From sequence record NZ_CP041047.1: a stretch of 64,000 bases of DNA. One strand, 5' to 3'. The notes under the pieces are model-generated. The model ran no database searches. It was given only the letters and a program-made list of their open reading frames with translations, and was not told the origin of the DNA. The stretch's first letter is position 1. Each line of letters begins with the position of its first letter. Positions 9,969 to 21,070 of this stretch are shown piece after piece. The DNA is from a plasmid. A program made the position numbers and the translations under genes.

Positions 9969-11338
9969 TTAGAACTCTCCATTGTGACTTCTTTGTCTTT
10001 TTTCGGTTGGATTTTTATTTCATTTTCTTCACTTGATAACGCGAAAGATTTCTTCCTGCGAACAGCAGAAATTTCAGAAATGCGTAGCTCAGACGGAACA
10101 AGTGTACGGTATCGGCGGCTTTTGGCATGACCGACTCGCTGGGCATGATAAATCCCGGTATGTCCTGAAAAAAGATATGCCGTAAAGCAGCCGACGGCAG
10201 AAAATACCGCCATTTCGGTACCGAACAGTTCCATCGCCATAAAGGTTGTCGCAAGCGGGGTATTTGCCGCACCGGCAAACACAGCTACAAAACCTATCCC
10301 GGCCATAAAAGCAAATGGCATGTGCAGAAGAGGAGCGAGAGCATTCCCCAGAGTGGCACCAATGTAAAACAGAGGTGTGACCTCACCACCTTTAAATCCT
10401 GTCGCCAGAGAAACGATGGTAAAGCTCATTTTTCCCATAAAATCCATCGGATATAGCGGTTCTTTAAAGGCTCGGACAATTTCCGGAATACCGAGACCAA
10501 TATAACGGTCAGTACCGATAAACCAGACGGCGGCAGCAATCAGTATCCCTCCGAAAAAAGGACGCAAAGGAGCATATTTAATGTAACGTTTAACGATCCC
10601 ACTAGCCTTTCCGGTCGCGACAGAGAATACCATTCCTGCCAGCCCGAATACGGCACCCGCTATCACAACGGACAGGAAACTCCATATAGTAAATGCCGGG
10701 ATGAAATCGATGCGGTAATGTGTGTGATGTACCCCCCATGCCAGACAGACCTGATCGGCAAGCACTGCGGCAACCAGACAGGGGAACAGCGCGTCATAAC
10801 GAATTCGCCCTATTGCCAGTACTTCCATCCCAAAGATAGCACCGGCCATCGGGGTACCGAATACTGACGAAAAGCCCGCGCTCATCCCAGCCATCAGCAG
10901 TATCCGACGAGCGTCTTTCTTCACTTTAAACATATGCGTCAACTGATCGGCCAGGGCTCCCCCCATCTGAACCGCCGTCCCTTCGCGCCCTACCGAAGCG
11001 CCAAACAGATGCGACATGAGGGTACCGCCCAGAACCAGTGGCACCATCCTTATCGGAACCACCTTTCTCGGATCGTGTATCTCATCGATAATCAGGTTAT
11101 TGCCAGCGTTGACGGGCTCGCCATACCAGCTGTAAACCAGTCCGACCAGGAGACCTGCCAGTGGAAGCAACCATATCATCCAGGAATGGGATTCCCGCCA
11201 TGCTGTGGCATTATCGAGTGAGAGCAGAAATACCGCGGATGCAGTACCTGCCAGTAATGCGATAAGACTCGCAGTAACTAACCATGCCCCTATATAGGAA
11301 AATAATTCAATTTGATCGTGGTGTTTTAGTCGTTTCAT
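9965..11338 (-). CDS. CLC-family F-/H+ antiporter (EriC-F / CLC-F type)
   Basis: GREGT and GKEG-like CLC selectivity motifs are present. The true start MKRLKHH is near 11338. The longer listed ORF reads into the 5' leader that carries a fluoride riboswitch. Confidence 0.8.
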   Translation of the reverse strand: MKRLKHHDQIELFSYIGAWLVTASLIALLAGTASAVFLLSLDNATAWRESHSWMIWLLPLAGLLVGLVYSWYGEPVNAGNNLIIDEIHDPRKVVPIRMVPLVLGGTLMSHLFGASVGREGTAVQMGGALADQLTHMFKVKKDARRILLMAGMSAGFSSVFGTPMAGAIFGMEVLAIGRIRYDALFPCLVAAVLADQVCLAWGVHHTHYRIDFIPAFTIWSFLSVVIAGAVFGLAGMVFSVATGKASGIVKRYIKYAPLRPFFGGILIAAAVWFIGTDRYIGLGIPEIVRAFKEPLYPMDFMGKMSFTIVSLATGFKGGEVTPLFYIGATLGNALAPLLHMPFAFMAGIGFVAVFAGAANTPLATTFMAMELFGTEMAVFSAVGCFTAYLFSGHTGIYHAQRVGHAKSRRYRTLVPSELRISEISAVRRKKSFALSSEENEIKIQPKKDKEVTMESSK

Positions 11339-11409
11339 TGGTCCTGGCTCGTGAGTTTCAGGGCTGACCAATGGGGAGTGCAGAAAATAGCCTACAGTAC
11401 CGACAAAGG

Positions 11410-11480
11410 TCAGTGTTCTGTAGGCGTCATTAACTGTCAGAAAACAGTGGTTATAAGGAGGAACGCCATCTCCGCCGGGC
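11410..11480 (-). promoter_or_regulatory. candidate fluoride riboswitch (crcB RNA motif) upstream of CLC-F
   Basis: On the minus strand the leader reads GGCGGAGAUGGCGUUCCUCC–UUAUAACCACUG–hairpin–AAUGACGCCUAC. This matches the consensus GGNGAUGGNGUUCNCC…AACC…CUGAUGANNCCUAC. Confidence 0.55.
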
Positions 11481-11694
11481 ACTATACCTGTTCTGCCCAA
11501 CGTTGACCATGATTTTTCCTGCTTCGCCTGCGGAATTAGCCTCCCCTCATTCGCAAAACCGTAACGGATCGCCGGAAAATGGAGTGTTCCGCAGATTGTC
11601 TGCCAGTGAAATATTATTCAGGATAGACAGACCAAGATACAGGAAATGAAGATGACAGTTTTTAAATATTGCCACTGCCATCTCCCACCCATCA

Positions 11695-12273
11695 TTAAAT
11701 TTTGAATAATTTTAAGCTGATTGTTTTAAAAAAAGAGAATACATATTCACCTTTATATTTCCATAACCGGCAGAAAAGAGCATTAGACACCATCCCCGTG
11801 ATGACACCTCCTATCATATCGAGAGGAAAATGTACGCCAAGATAAATACGTGACCAGGCGACCAGAATACTAATGCCCAACACCACCAGGCCGGTACGTA
11901 CTGCCTTTGCGCTGATCAGCGCAAGCGCAAAACACACAAAAATGGTCATATGATCACTCGGGAATGAGTAATCTGCCGTATGCGAAAACCAGACATAGCC
12001 CAGCGGAACCATAAATGGTCTTGGATGCGGCCAGAAGGTTCCAATAATCAGGCTCAACACTACACCAATGACCATTGTTAACGTTGAGCGAAGCGCCAGT
12101 ATCTTTCCTTTTTCTTTACCGGCAAACCATAAAAAAATAATAATAAATGGTATGGCATAAATAAGGGTATTCGCAAAAAAATTCGCAATAACCAGAGCTG
12201 AATCAGGCGTTCCAGGCTTAGCGTTCATAGCAAGGAAAATTTTTCTGTTCAGAGTTTCAATTTCATTCAGCAT
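11695..12273 (-). CDS. PAP2-family membrane phosphatase
   Basis: 192-aa multi-TM protein with FPSDH and a later HxxxD-like sequence, typical of PAP2 acid-phosphatase motifs. Confidence 0.55.
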   Translation of the reverse strand: MLNEIETLNRKIFLAMNAKPGTPDSALVIANFFANTLIYAIPFIIIFLWFAGKEKGKILALRSTLTMVIGVVLSLIIGTFWPHPRPFMVPLGYVWFSHTADYSFPSDHMTIFVCFALALISAKAVRTGLVVLGISILVAWSRIYLGVHFPLDMIGGVITGMVSNALFCRLWKYKGEYVFSFFKTISLKLFKI

Positions 12274-12489
12274 AAATGTTAATTACCCAGAAAAAAGAAG
12301 CATAATACTGCCTGATTCTTAATATTCACTTAAGAAAAATCCATGATGGCTGGCAGATCCCCCCAGATTCTCACCGTTCATTCTCGCTGAAGCCCTGGAG
12401 GGATAGGATGACACCGCGCGTAAGGAATAACCTACACAACAGAGAACAATAATTGATATTGATTTATTGCAACGGTCCATATAAGATTG

Positions 12490-12565
12490 ATCAACAAGGT
12501 GATGGTGCTCCACCTTACCCAACCGCCGGTTTCTTTAAAAACCGGATGATGACGCCTGATATACA
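12490..12565 (+). promoter_or_regulatory. candidate fluoride riboswitch (crcB RNA motif) upstream of the ppaC-usp-eno-gpmA-crcB operon
   Basis: The leader reads AAGGUGAUGGUGCUCCACC–UUACCCAACCGCC–GGUUUCUUUAAAAACC–GGAUGAUGACGCCUGAUA. It matches the conserved P1, linker and 3' pseudoknot segments of the fluoride aptamer. Confidence 0.65.
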
Positions 12566-12592
12566 GTTGAATTAGTCCTTTTATAGGCATGT

Positions 12593-13570
12593 ATGTCAGG
12601 TATCGCTATGAAAAATCAAACCACATTACCGCTTACCTCAGAATCTCTCTCTTTTCAAAGAGATAATCCAATCCATGTCTTCGGTCATCGAAATCCTGAC
12701 AGCGATGCTATCTGCAGCGCGCTGGTTGTGGCTGACTGGCTTAATTACACTGGTCGTCCCGCAACGCCCTGGCGCCTGGGGGATATCACCCCGGAAACCC
12801 GTTACATCCTCAATGTCGCGGGTGTTTCACAACCTGATTTACTCACCGCCGACTTGACTGATAAAACCGTATGGCTGGTTGATTTTACGGATGCGGAGCA
12901 GGGACCATCCTCGTTGATGGACAGCAACGTCATCGGCATCATTGACCATCATCGTATTGGCACCCTCATTACCCGCAATCCACCGGATGTCTGGGTGCGG
13001 GCGGTAGGATGCTGCGGAACCGTAATTCTCTCAATTCTGATGCATGACATTCCGATGCCGATTACGGCATCTCAGGCAGTGTTGCTGATGGGGGCGATCC
13101 TCAGTGATACCGTTGCGCTGACTGGCCCCACCACCACCACTCAGGATCAGGAAGCCGTGGCAGTTTTGCGTGAAATCGCCGGTATCGATTATGACCAGTT
13201 TGTGACAGGGCTACTGCGTGCCAAAACAGATATAACCGGGCAATCCACATCGGTATTACTCAATCGTGACGCCAAAAATTACCGGATCCATGATGTGCCG
13301 CTGTTGTTGTCACAAATTGAGGTACGCGACATGGCTGATATTACTCCCCTGTTGCCCGCGCTGCTGCAGGAAATGGATAAAACCTGTAAAGACAGTTCGC
13401 TGGACATGGTTATTTTGATGGTGACAGACATCACCAACCGGAACTCCGTTTTACTTTTTTCAGATAGCAGCCTGACAGGCTCTCTCCAGATGTCGCTGCC
13501 CGGTATGACAAGCCGGAAGAAAGAAATCCTGCCCTGGCTGACCGACCACTTCGCTTCTTATAAGAGGTGA
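12593..13570 (+). CDS. DHH-family phosphoesterase, putative Mn-dependent inorganic pyrophosphatase (PpaC-like)
   Basis: NPDSDAICSA is DHH motif I. IIDHHR is the DHH motif. The length (~320 aa) fits family II PPases. The start may be at 12608. Confidence 0.6.
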   Translation: MSGIAMKNQTTLPLTSESLSFQRDNPIHVFGHRNPDSDAICSALVVADWLNYTGRPATPWRLGDITPETRYILNVAGVSQPDLLTADLTDKTVWLVDFTDAEQGPSSLMDSNVIGIIDHHRIGTLITRNPPDVWVRAVGCCGTVILSILMHDIPMPITASQAVLLMGAILSDTVALTGPTTTTQDQEAVAVLREIAGIDYDQFVTGLLRAKTDITGQSTSVLLNRDAKNYRIHDVPLLLSQIEVRDMADITPLLPALLQEMDKTCKDSSLDMVILMVTDITNRNSVLLFSDSSLTGSLQMSLPGMTSRKKEILPWLTDHFASYKR

Positions 13571-13573
13571 TTT

Positions 13574-14002
13574 ATGCAAATTTACCGGCATGCCTTATTA
13601 CTTGTACAGAATGAAACCGATGGTCTGCTGTTGCTTGAGCAGGCAGAACGTCTGGCAAAAGAGATGGGCACCCGTATTACTGTCGGCCATCTCAGCGCTG
13701 ACTACCGGGAACTGGATTATACCAGTGATTCATTAACTAAAGATCGCCAGTCACACGAAGTTATTGATGCAAAGGCAATGCTGAGCCGTCTGGTGGAGTC
13801 CAGCAGTATTGATATCAAAGTCAGGTCCATCGTCAGTATCCATCGTTTCCGGGACGTCGAAGCCGTTGTTCAGCACGAAGATATTGATCTGGTCATGCTG
13901 GGGCATAAAAACCGCCTGTTCGGGGTTTTTTCTTCCTACTCTTTCGAATTTATCAATCACCTTTCTGTTGATGTTTTGATTAAACACATTCCAACCCCAT
14001 AA
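13574..14002 (+). CDS. universal stress protein family (UspA-like)
   Basis: 142 aa with a Usp-like fold signature (…VDLVMLGHKN…). It sits 3 bp after the upstream gene. Confidence 0.6.
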   Translation: MQIYRHALLLVQNETDGLLLLEQAERLAKEMGTRITVGHLSADYRELDYTSDSLTKDRQSHEVIDAKAMLSRLVESSSIDIKVRSIVSIHRFRDVEAVVQHEDIDLVMLGHKNRLFGVFSSYSFEFINHLSVDVLIKHIPTP

Positions 14003-15304
<1,302 letters not shown>

Positions 15305-15355
15305 TTCCGTCACCCTTCCCGTATGCTTAGCTACGGGAAGGGGTAAGGTGATCCT

Positions 15356-15550
15356 ATGAACGGAAAAATACTCATACTGTCAACAGCAACGGGGATCCTG
15401 GCAACCTGTCTGGTTTTCCTGATCGCCGATGTCTTTTTTAACGTACTGCCAGATGATACCAGCGCTGTTGTAATCGCGCTGTTCATCGGGAGCTGCACCC
15501 ATCTTCTGATGCGCCACCTCCTTGACCGGAGCCCAGGTAAATTCAGGTAA
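15356..15550 (+). CDS. small single-TM membrane protein (hypothetical)
   Basis: 64 aa with one hydrophobic helix. It lies between eno and gpmA in the same orientation. Confidence 0.3.
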   Translation: MNGKILILSTATGILATCLVFLIADVFFNVLPDDTSAVVIALFIGSCTHLLMRHLLDRSPGKFR

Positions 15551-15616
15551 TCAGTACAAACAACTGAACGGGTTCAGGTCCTTCAGGTTCAGTCGCTGTT
15601 GGTGACCGACAGGTAG

Positions 15617-16309
15617 TTGCTTATGGGAAAAATTATTTTACTCCGCCATGGAGAGAGTCAGTGGAATCAGCAAAATCGTTTTACCGGATGGGAAGATGTT
15701 CCGCTGACGCAGAAAGGAGTGGAGGAAGCCCGGCGCGCAGCAAACCTGATAAAACGGTCGGGGATCATCATTGATGGTGCCTGCACATCCGTTCTGAATC
15801 GGGCAATTCATTCACTCTGGCTGATAATGGAAACGCTGAATCAATTGTGGTTACCGGTGGACAAATCATGGCGGTTAAATGAACGCCATTACGGTGCGCT
15901 TCAGGGAATGAATAAGGATGAAGCCGCTCAACAAATTGGCCAGAATATCGTTTATCACTGGCGGAGGAGCTATCGTGGCATCCCTCCTCCGTTGCTGGAT
16001 GCGCCTGCTTTACTTCATCGTGAGGCACGTTATCGCCATGTGTCCCTGACGGACCTACCGGCGGGTGAAAGTCTGGAAATGACGCAGCGAAGGCTGCTGC
16101 CTTACTGGCACCACGTCATTGTCCCGCGTGTTGCCAGTGGTGAAACCATGCTGCTGGTCAGTCATGCTAATGCATTGCGTGCGCTAACCATGTTTATTGA
16201 GCAGATTGATGAGAACAAGGTTCCCGATCTGCATGTCCTGACGGGTATCCCCGTACTGTATGAAATGAATGAAAATCGGGCCATCACCGCACGTTATTCC
16301 CTTGAATGA
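15617..16309 (+). CDS. gpmA: 2,3-bisphosphoglycerate-dependent phosphoglycerate mutase
   Basis: LLRHGESQWNQQNRFTGW is the canonical dPGM active site. The probable start is MGKIILL near 15623. Confidence 0.85.
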   Translation: MLMGKIILLRHGESQWNQQNRFTGWEDVPLTQKGVEEARRAANLIKRSGIIIDGACTSVLNRAIHSLWLIMETLNQLWLPVDKSWRLNERHYGALQGMNKDEAAQQIGQNIVYHWRRSYRGIPPPLLDAPALLHREARYRHVSLTDLPAGESLEMTQRRLLPYWHHVIVPRVASGETMLLVSHANALRALTMFIEQIDENKVPDLHVLTGIPVLYEMNENRAITARYSLE

Positions 16310-16343
16310 CGGTCTGATGGTGCCCTGATTTCTGCGAGGTGGT

Positions 16344-16718
16344 ATGTACAAATCATTATTCGCGGTAGTGATAGGCGGCTCGATCGGCTGTGTGATCCGC
16401 TGGATACTGTCCATGCGTCTCAATGCACTTTTCCCCAATCTTCCACCTGGCACCCTGGTGGTTAATCTGGTTGGCGGATTTATCATCGGTATGGCACTGG
16501 CCTTCTTTGTCCGGCAGCCTCACCTCGATCCCGCCTGGAAGTTTTTTATTACCACCGGCTTATGCGGCGGTATGACCACCTTTTCCACTTTTTCAGCTGA
16601 GGTGGTAGTTCTACTTCAGAATGGCAATTATGCATGGGCTGTCATTTCCGTACTGACGCACGTAACTGGCTCGCTTTTGATGACTGCAGCCGGTTTTTTT
16701 GTAATGACACTGTTGTAA
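16344..16718 (+). CDS. crcB: fluoride ion channel CrcB/Fluc
   Basis: 124 aa with four TM segments, and GGxxGxxxR-like and TFSTFS motifs typical of CrcB. Confidence 0.85.
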   Translation: MYKSLFAVVIGGSIGCVIRWILSMRLNALFPNLPPGTLVVNLVGGFIIGMALAFFVRQPHLDPAWKFFITTGLCGGMTTFSTFSAEVVVLLQNGNYAWAVISVLTHVTGSLLMTAAGFFVMTLL

Positions 16719-16828
16719 AGGCATATGCGCCATACACTTAACCGGTGCCATGTCTCCGTCAGACTTTTATTATATCGGCATAACAACACGCCTGACCTGC
16801 CGGGTCAGTTTTTTCCGGAGAAGGATGT

Positions 16829-19165
16829 ATGGAGATGACCCCTGAGAATAACGTGAAGGGACTTTCCGAAGCCGAGGTGCAGGCCAGGCTGGTGCAATAT
16901 GGCTATAACGAAGTACGTGAACAGCCTCCGGGCCAGCTGCGTACGATCCTCAAACGTCTGTGGGGCCCCATCCCCTGGATGCTCGAAATTGCGCTGGTAC
17001 TCGAAGTGGCTCTGGGAAAGACGGTTGAACCCGCCATCATTGCAGGATGGCTCGCTTTCAGTGCGGTCCTTGGCGGCATTCAGGAACGGCGGGCACAGTC
17101 AGCACTTGACCTGCTGCGTAGTCGGCTGAAAGTTAATACCAGTGTATGCCGTGATGGCACCTGGCGCCAGATACCGGCCCGAGGGCTTGTCCCCGGTGAC
17201 TTTATCGTCTTAACGGCGGGGAACCTGGTCCCTGCCGACTGTATGATTGATGAGGGAGTCGTGGATGTTGACCAGGCAGCCCTGACCGGGGAGTCGACCC
17301 AGGAGTCACACAACAAGGGTGATACTCTCTATTCAGGATCGACGATTACACGCGGTAAGGCGACAGGAACCGTCACCGCCACCGGTACCCGAAGCTACTT
17401 TGGGCGTACGGCAGAGCTGGTACGAACGGCCAGCTCTGCCAGCCATCTTGAACAGCTTCTGTTCGCTGTTGTGCGCTATCTTGTGACCATTGACGCCGTG
17501 CTTGCGGTCATTCTGGCCGTTGTTGCACTCTGGCGCGGTGAAGATTTGTTGCCCCTCGTCCCCTTTTTTCTTGTTCTCATTATTGCGACCGTCCCGGTGA
17601 CAATGCCGGCAGCCTTTACGGTCGCCAATGCAGTGGAAGCCCGGCGACTGGCGAATCAGGGGGTACTTGTCACCGGCCTGTCAGCGGTACAGGAAGCGGC
17701 AACCATGGATGTGCTGTGTATCGACAAAACCGGTACACTGACCAGAAACCAGCAGTCAGTTGCCGGCATAACGGCGCTTCCGGGAGAGAATGAGGACGAG
17801 GTACTGGCCTGGGCTGCCGCAGCCTGCGACGAAACGATGCAGGGGCAACTTGAGATGGCGATTCTGGATGCGTTACGACGCCGGGGGGGAATGCCGCACA
17901 TCCGTGAGCAATTCATCCCGTTCGATCCTGCCACGAAACGTTCCGAAGCCCGTGTGTGTTCAGACAATGACGGATCGTCCGTTCACGTCATTCTGGGTTC
18001 ACCGATGGTCGTTGCATCACTCGCCGAATCTCCTCCTGAGTTCACCACGATCCAGCAGGCCATGGCGGCGTCCGGCGCCAGGATCCTGGCAGTCGCAACC
18101 GGCACCGACGGCCATCTCCGTATCCGAGGGTTGCTGGCACTAGCCGATACACTACGCGATGATGCCGCAGCCCTCGTCAGGGATATCCGGGCACTGGGTA
18201 TCAGGATAATCATGGTCACCGGTGATACGGTTGATACCGCCAGAGTTATCAGCCGCCAGGCAGGACTCGGTGACCGCTTCGGCGATGCAGCCAGGGACCT
18301 GCAGGCACCTCTCCACTTTGATGGTTTTGCTAACTTCTATCCGGAGGAAAAATTCCGTCTGGTGCAGTCCCTGCAACAAACGGGCTGTATAGTCGGCATG
18401 ACGGGTGACGGTGTGAATGATGCGCCGGCACTGAAACAAGCCGGAGTGGGCATTGCCGTACAAACAGCGTCTGACGTGGCAAAAGCAGCTGCTCAGGTGG
18501 TATTGACCCACCCCGGGTTAGACGGTGTTGCCGCCGTCGTATCAGGGGGCCGCTGTGTGTTTCGCCGTATGCTGACCTGGACAATAACGAAAATAGCCCG
18601 GACCGTTGAGCTGGCGGCCCTGCTGACCATCGGCTATATCGCGACAGGATTCTTCGTCACACCGCTGGTTCTGATTGCCGTGATTGTGGTTCTCAATGAT
18701 GTGGTGACCATCACGCTGGCGACAGACCGGTCATGGATTTCTTCATCACCGGAAAGATGGAACGTTGGTGAAATTGCCAGGCTGGGAGGTGTCCTGGCCG
18801 CAGGCTGGCTGGTTCTGGCATTCATTATCCTGTGGTTCGTCCTTACCAGGTTGCAGCTTCCCGTCCCACAAATCCAGGCCCTGATGTTCGCCTATCTGAT
18901 GTATACGGCCCAGATGACGATTTATCTTTCACGAACGCCGGGCCGCTGCTGGTCACTCCGGCCGGGCCGGTTTGTTGTGTTGGCCACGGTGGGCAATATC
19001 ATCATTGCCACCGTACTGGCTGCCGGTGGTTTTCTTATGACGCCGGTTTCACTGACACTGCTGGTCATCATGTTTGCTCTGGTTTTGCTGGCCACCCTTC
19101 TGCTCGATCAGATCAAGATATGGCTCTTCGCCAGAAGACCTGTTGAGGACTCACCGAAAAGCTGA
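16829..19165 (+). CDS. P-type cation-transporting ATPase (type III H+/Mg2+-ATPase-like)
   Basis: TGES, CIDKTGTLT (DKTGT phosphorylation site), MVTGD and GDGVNDAPAL hinge motifs are all present. Length is 778 aa. Confidence 0.85.
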   Translation: MEMTPENNVKGLSEAEVQARLVQYGYNEVREQPPGQLRTILKRLWGPIPWMLEIALVLEVALGKTVEPAIIAGWLAFSAVLGGIQERRAQSALDLLRSRLKVNTSVCRDGTWRQIPARGLVPGDFIVLTAGNLVPADCMIDEGVVDVDQAALTGESTQESHNKGDTLYSGSTITRGKATGTVTATGTRSYFGRTAELVRTASSASHLEQLLFAVVRYLVTIDAVLAVILAVVALWRGEDLLPLVPFFLVLIIATVPVTMPAAFTVANAVEARRLANQGVLVTGLSAVQEAATMDVLCIDKTGTLTRNQQSVAGITALPGENEDEVLAWAAAACDETMQGQLEMAILDALRRRGGMPHIREQFIPFDPATKRSEARVCSDNDGSSVHVILGSPMVVASLAESPPEFTTIQQAMAASGARILAVATGTDGHLRIRGLLALADTLRDDAAALVRDIRALGIRIIMVTGDTVDTARVISRQAGLGDRFGDAARDLQAPLHFDGFANFYPEEKFRLVQSLQQTGCIVGMTGDGVNDAPALKQAGVGIAVQTASDVAKAAAQVVLTHPGLDGVAAVVSGGRCVFRRMLTWTITKIARTVELAALLTIGYIATGFFVTPLVLIAVIVVLNDVVTITLATDRSWISSSPERWNVGEIARLGGVLAAGWLVLAFIILWFVLTRLQLPVPQIQALMFAYLMYTAQMTIYLSRTPGRCWSLRPGRFVVLATVGNIIIATVLAAGGFLMTPVSLTLLVIMFALVLLATLLLDQIKIWLFARRPVEDSPKS

Positions 19166-19171
19166 ACACAG

Positions 19172-19202
19172 ATTATAACCGTTCGCCATAGCCTGAACGG
19201 TT
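19172..19202. terminator. bidirectional hairpin between the convergent ATPase and mutS-like genes
   Basis: ATAACCGTTCGCCATAGCCTGAACGGTTAT forms an inverted repeat. Confidence 0.4.
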
Positions 19203-19229
19203 ATCGCCTGTCGGGCTATGTGGGGGCAT

Positions 19230-20753
19230 TCAGCTGCGTTCAGCGGGTTGTGCCGGAGGCGTGAAGACCTCCCGGTAGAGGTCTTCACCATAGCTGGTAT
19301 CCAGTGGTGTCCCTTCCGTCATGCGGAACGTTCTTTCACCATCATCACGCCTCTCCGCGCACAGATAAACCGTATCCTGGTGATACTCCTGATAAAATGC
19401 GCAGGCAAATTCCGACGTGTGTGTGACGAAAAACAGCTTCACATGACACTCTGCCAGCGCGGTCACTATCCCCCTGATAATACCGGCTCCTTCCCGGCTG
19501 TTGGTGGCGGCAAACGATTCATTAAACAACACCAGATCATCCGGCTTCAGTTCGCTAACGATATCCCGCATGCGTCTGAGCTCTTCATCAAGCTTTCCGC
19601 TGACCATATGGCTGTCTTCTTCACATTTATAATGAGTAAAAATCTGCCGGCAGATATCGGAACTGAAACATTCAGCAGACACAAACATTCCCGTCTGCAT
19701 CATTATCTGAGCCAGGCCAATGCTGCGCAGGAACGTTGATTTTCCACCCTGGTTAGCCCCGGTAATAATAAAGGTATTTTTATTATCCGTTTTCAGGGTA
19801 TTACTGATGACAGTATCCGGAGAGGTCAGCGCCAGACAGGTATCAAATAATGAATCAAAGACCAGATGGCGCTCCCTTTTGTAGATCGGAACCGGAAAAC
19901 ACTGTGGCACATTCCGGTGATTCAGCACCTCAGCAAGATTCAGGCAGGCGATATAGAAACCCAGCTCAGCACGCAACGCGCGAAAGAAATTGAGCAGATG
20001 TGCTGTAGACTGAGCCATTGCGCTGGCAACCAACACCAGTCCTTCATCCTGCAGGTCACTGAGTGCCCTGAACCCATTTTCATCCCGGGGAGCAATCTGT
20101 ACCGTATAATGTTCCGGTTTGCGGGAAAACAGACGCCGGAACCAGTTTCTGCTCTCCGCGGCAGGCTGGCGAAGAACATAGGCCTCCCCCCGGTTTCCCG
20201 CCCCCAGTCTGGCGCTCAGCAATACCCCTTTTTTAAATGTCATCTGCCTGAGGTGTTCCTCGATCACCTCAAGGTATTCATCATTCAGCTCCTGCATAAT
20301 CATGACAAACAGGCGTTCCATACCGGGTGAGGCGACATGAAGAAGGTTTTTCTCCGCTATTCCCCTGACCTTACGTAAATTGTCCAGCAGAAAACGGGTG
20401 AACGAAATGGACTGATGAAGAATGGCGGAAGGGTATCGCCCGAAAATACCGTAATGGAGTTTTTCCTTTTCCATTAACAGGCAGTCCACCACAATTTTAT
20501 AAAATTCCCTGAAAATTTCAGGATTGTAGAGACAATCGCGCAGGATAGCCTGCCGGTATTCAATATCCTGTACCTCGGTCAATGGTTGTGAACACGCTTT
20601 TCTCACCACCGAATACAGAAAATCATCCCCACCGGAAAGCGCCTGAAAGAGGACATCCAGCTCAAGGTCTTTAGTCAGAAGGGTAAAGTGGGCAGGAAAT
20701 GATTCATCCACGATAAAATCATCATGTTTATACATCAGGTATGCTTTCATCCG
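19230..20753 (-). CDS. MutS-related ATPase (domain V; no mismatch-binding domain evident)
   Basis: ITGANQGGKSTFLRSIGLA is Walker A. LVLFNESFAATNSREGAGI is a MutS-type Walker B/GTNT segment. FFVTHTSEF is THxxEL-like. The likely start is MKAYLMYK near 20753, which gives about 507 aa. Confidence 0.6.
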   Translation of the reverse strand, partial: RMKAYLMYKHDDFIVDESFPAHFTLLTKDLELDVLFQALSGGDDFLYSVVRKACSQPLTEVQDIEYRQAILRDCLYNPEIFREFYKIVVDCLLMEKEKLHYGIFGRYPSAILHQSISFTRFLLDNLRKVRGIAEKNLLHVASPGMERLFVMIMQELNDEYLEVIEEHLRQMTFKKGVLLSARLGAGNRGEAYVLRQPAAESRNWFRRLFSRKPEHYTVQIAPRDENGFRALSDLQDEGLVLVASAMAQSTAHLLNFFRALRAELGFYIACLNLAEVLNHRNVPQCFPVPIYKRERHLVFDSLFDTCLALTSPDTVISNTLKTDNKNTFIITGANQGGKSTFLRSIGLAQIMMQTGMFVSAECFSSDICRQIFTHYKCEEDSHMVSGKLDEELRRMRDIVSELKPDDLVLFNESFAATNSREGAGIIRGIVTALAECHVKLFFVTHTSEFACAFYQEYHQDTVYLCAERRDDGERTFRMTEGTPLDTSYGEDLYREVFTPPAQPAERS

Positions 20754-21070
20754 TTTAACCCCGCTTTTATTTTTTCGTAGGTCAGCCCATATTTCTGCAC
20801 CAGGGTGACCGACCATGCCACGCCATCAGCAGGTTTCCTGATAATTTTATAGGTCCGGGAGGCCTCATTATCCTCTTCCACCGTACTCATCATGCTGACG
20901 ACTGACGTATCCAGTGCCGTCAGTTCATCGATAAACGTCACGCAGATACAAATGGCATCCAGCGCGATGACCTTTTCAATGATCCGGGTACCCAGAAAAA
21001 TCGCATCGTGTGAGGTTGTGGAGGTGAATATCTCATTCATAATGATGAGACTGCGGGTAGTGGATTTATC
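20747..21070 (-). pseudogene. C-terminal fragment of a second MutS-related ATPase, 5' end replaced by IS26
   Basis: LIIMNEIFTSTTSHDAIFLG…VTFIDELTALD…YKIIRKPADG matches MutS domain-V Walker B through the C-terminal helix. It abuts the IS26 inverted repeat at 21071. Confidence 0.5.

Noticed and set aside
9965-11500. The 511-aa version of the CLC gene starting at 11500.
   Set aside because: The first ~54 codons translate the 5' leader, which contains the fluoride-riboswitch-like sequence. MKRLKHH at ~11338 is the plausible start.
12319-12522. A 67-aa minus-strand ORF between PAP2 and the riboswitch.
   Set aside because: It overlaps the riboswitch and promoter region and has no RBS. It is more likely non-coding leader DNA.
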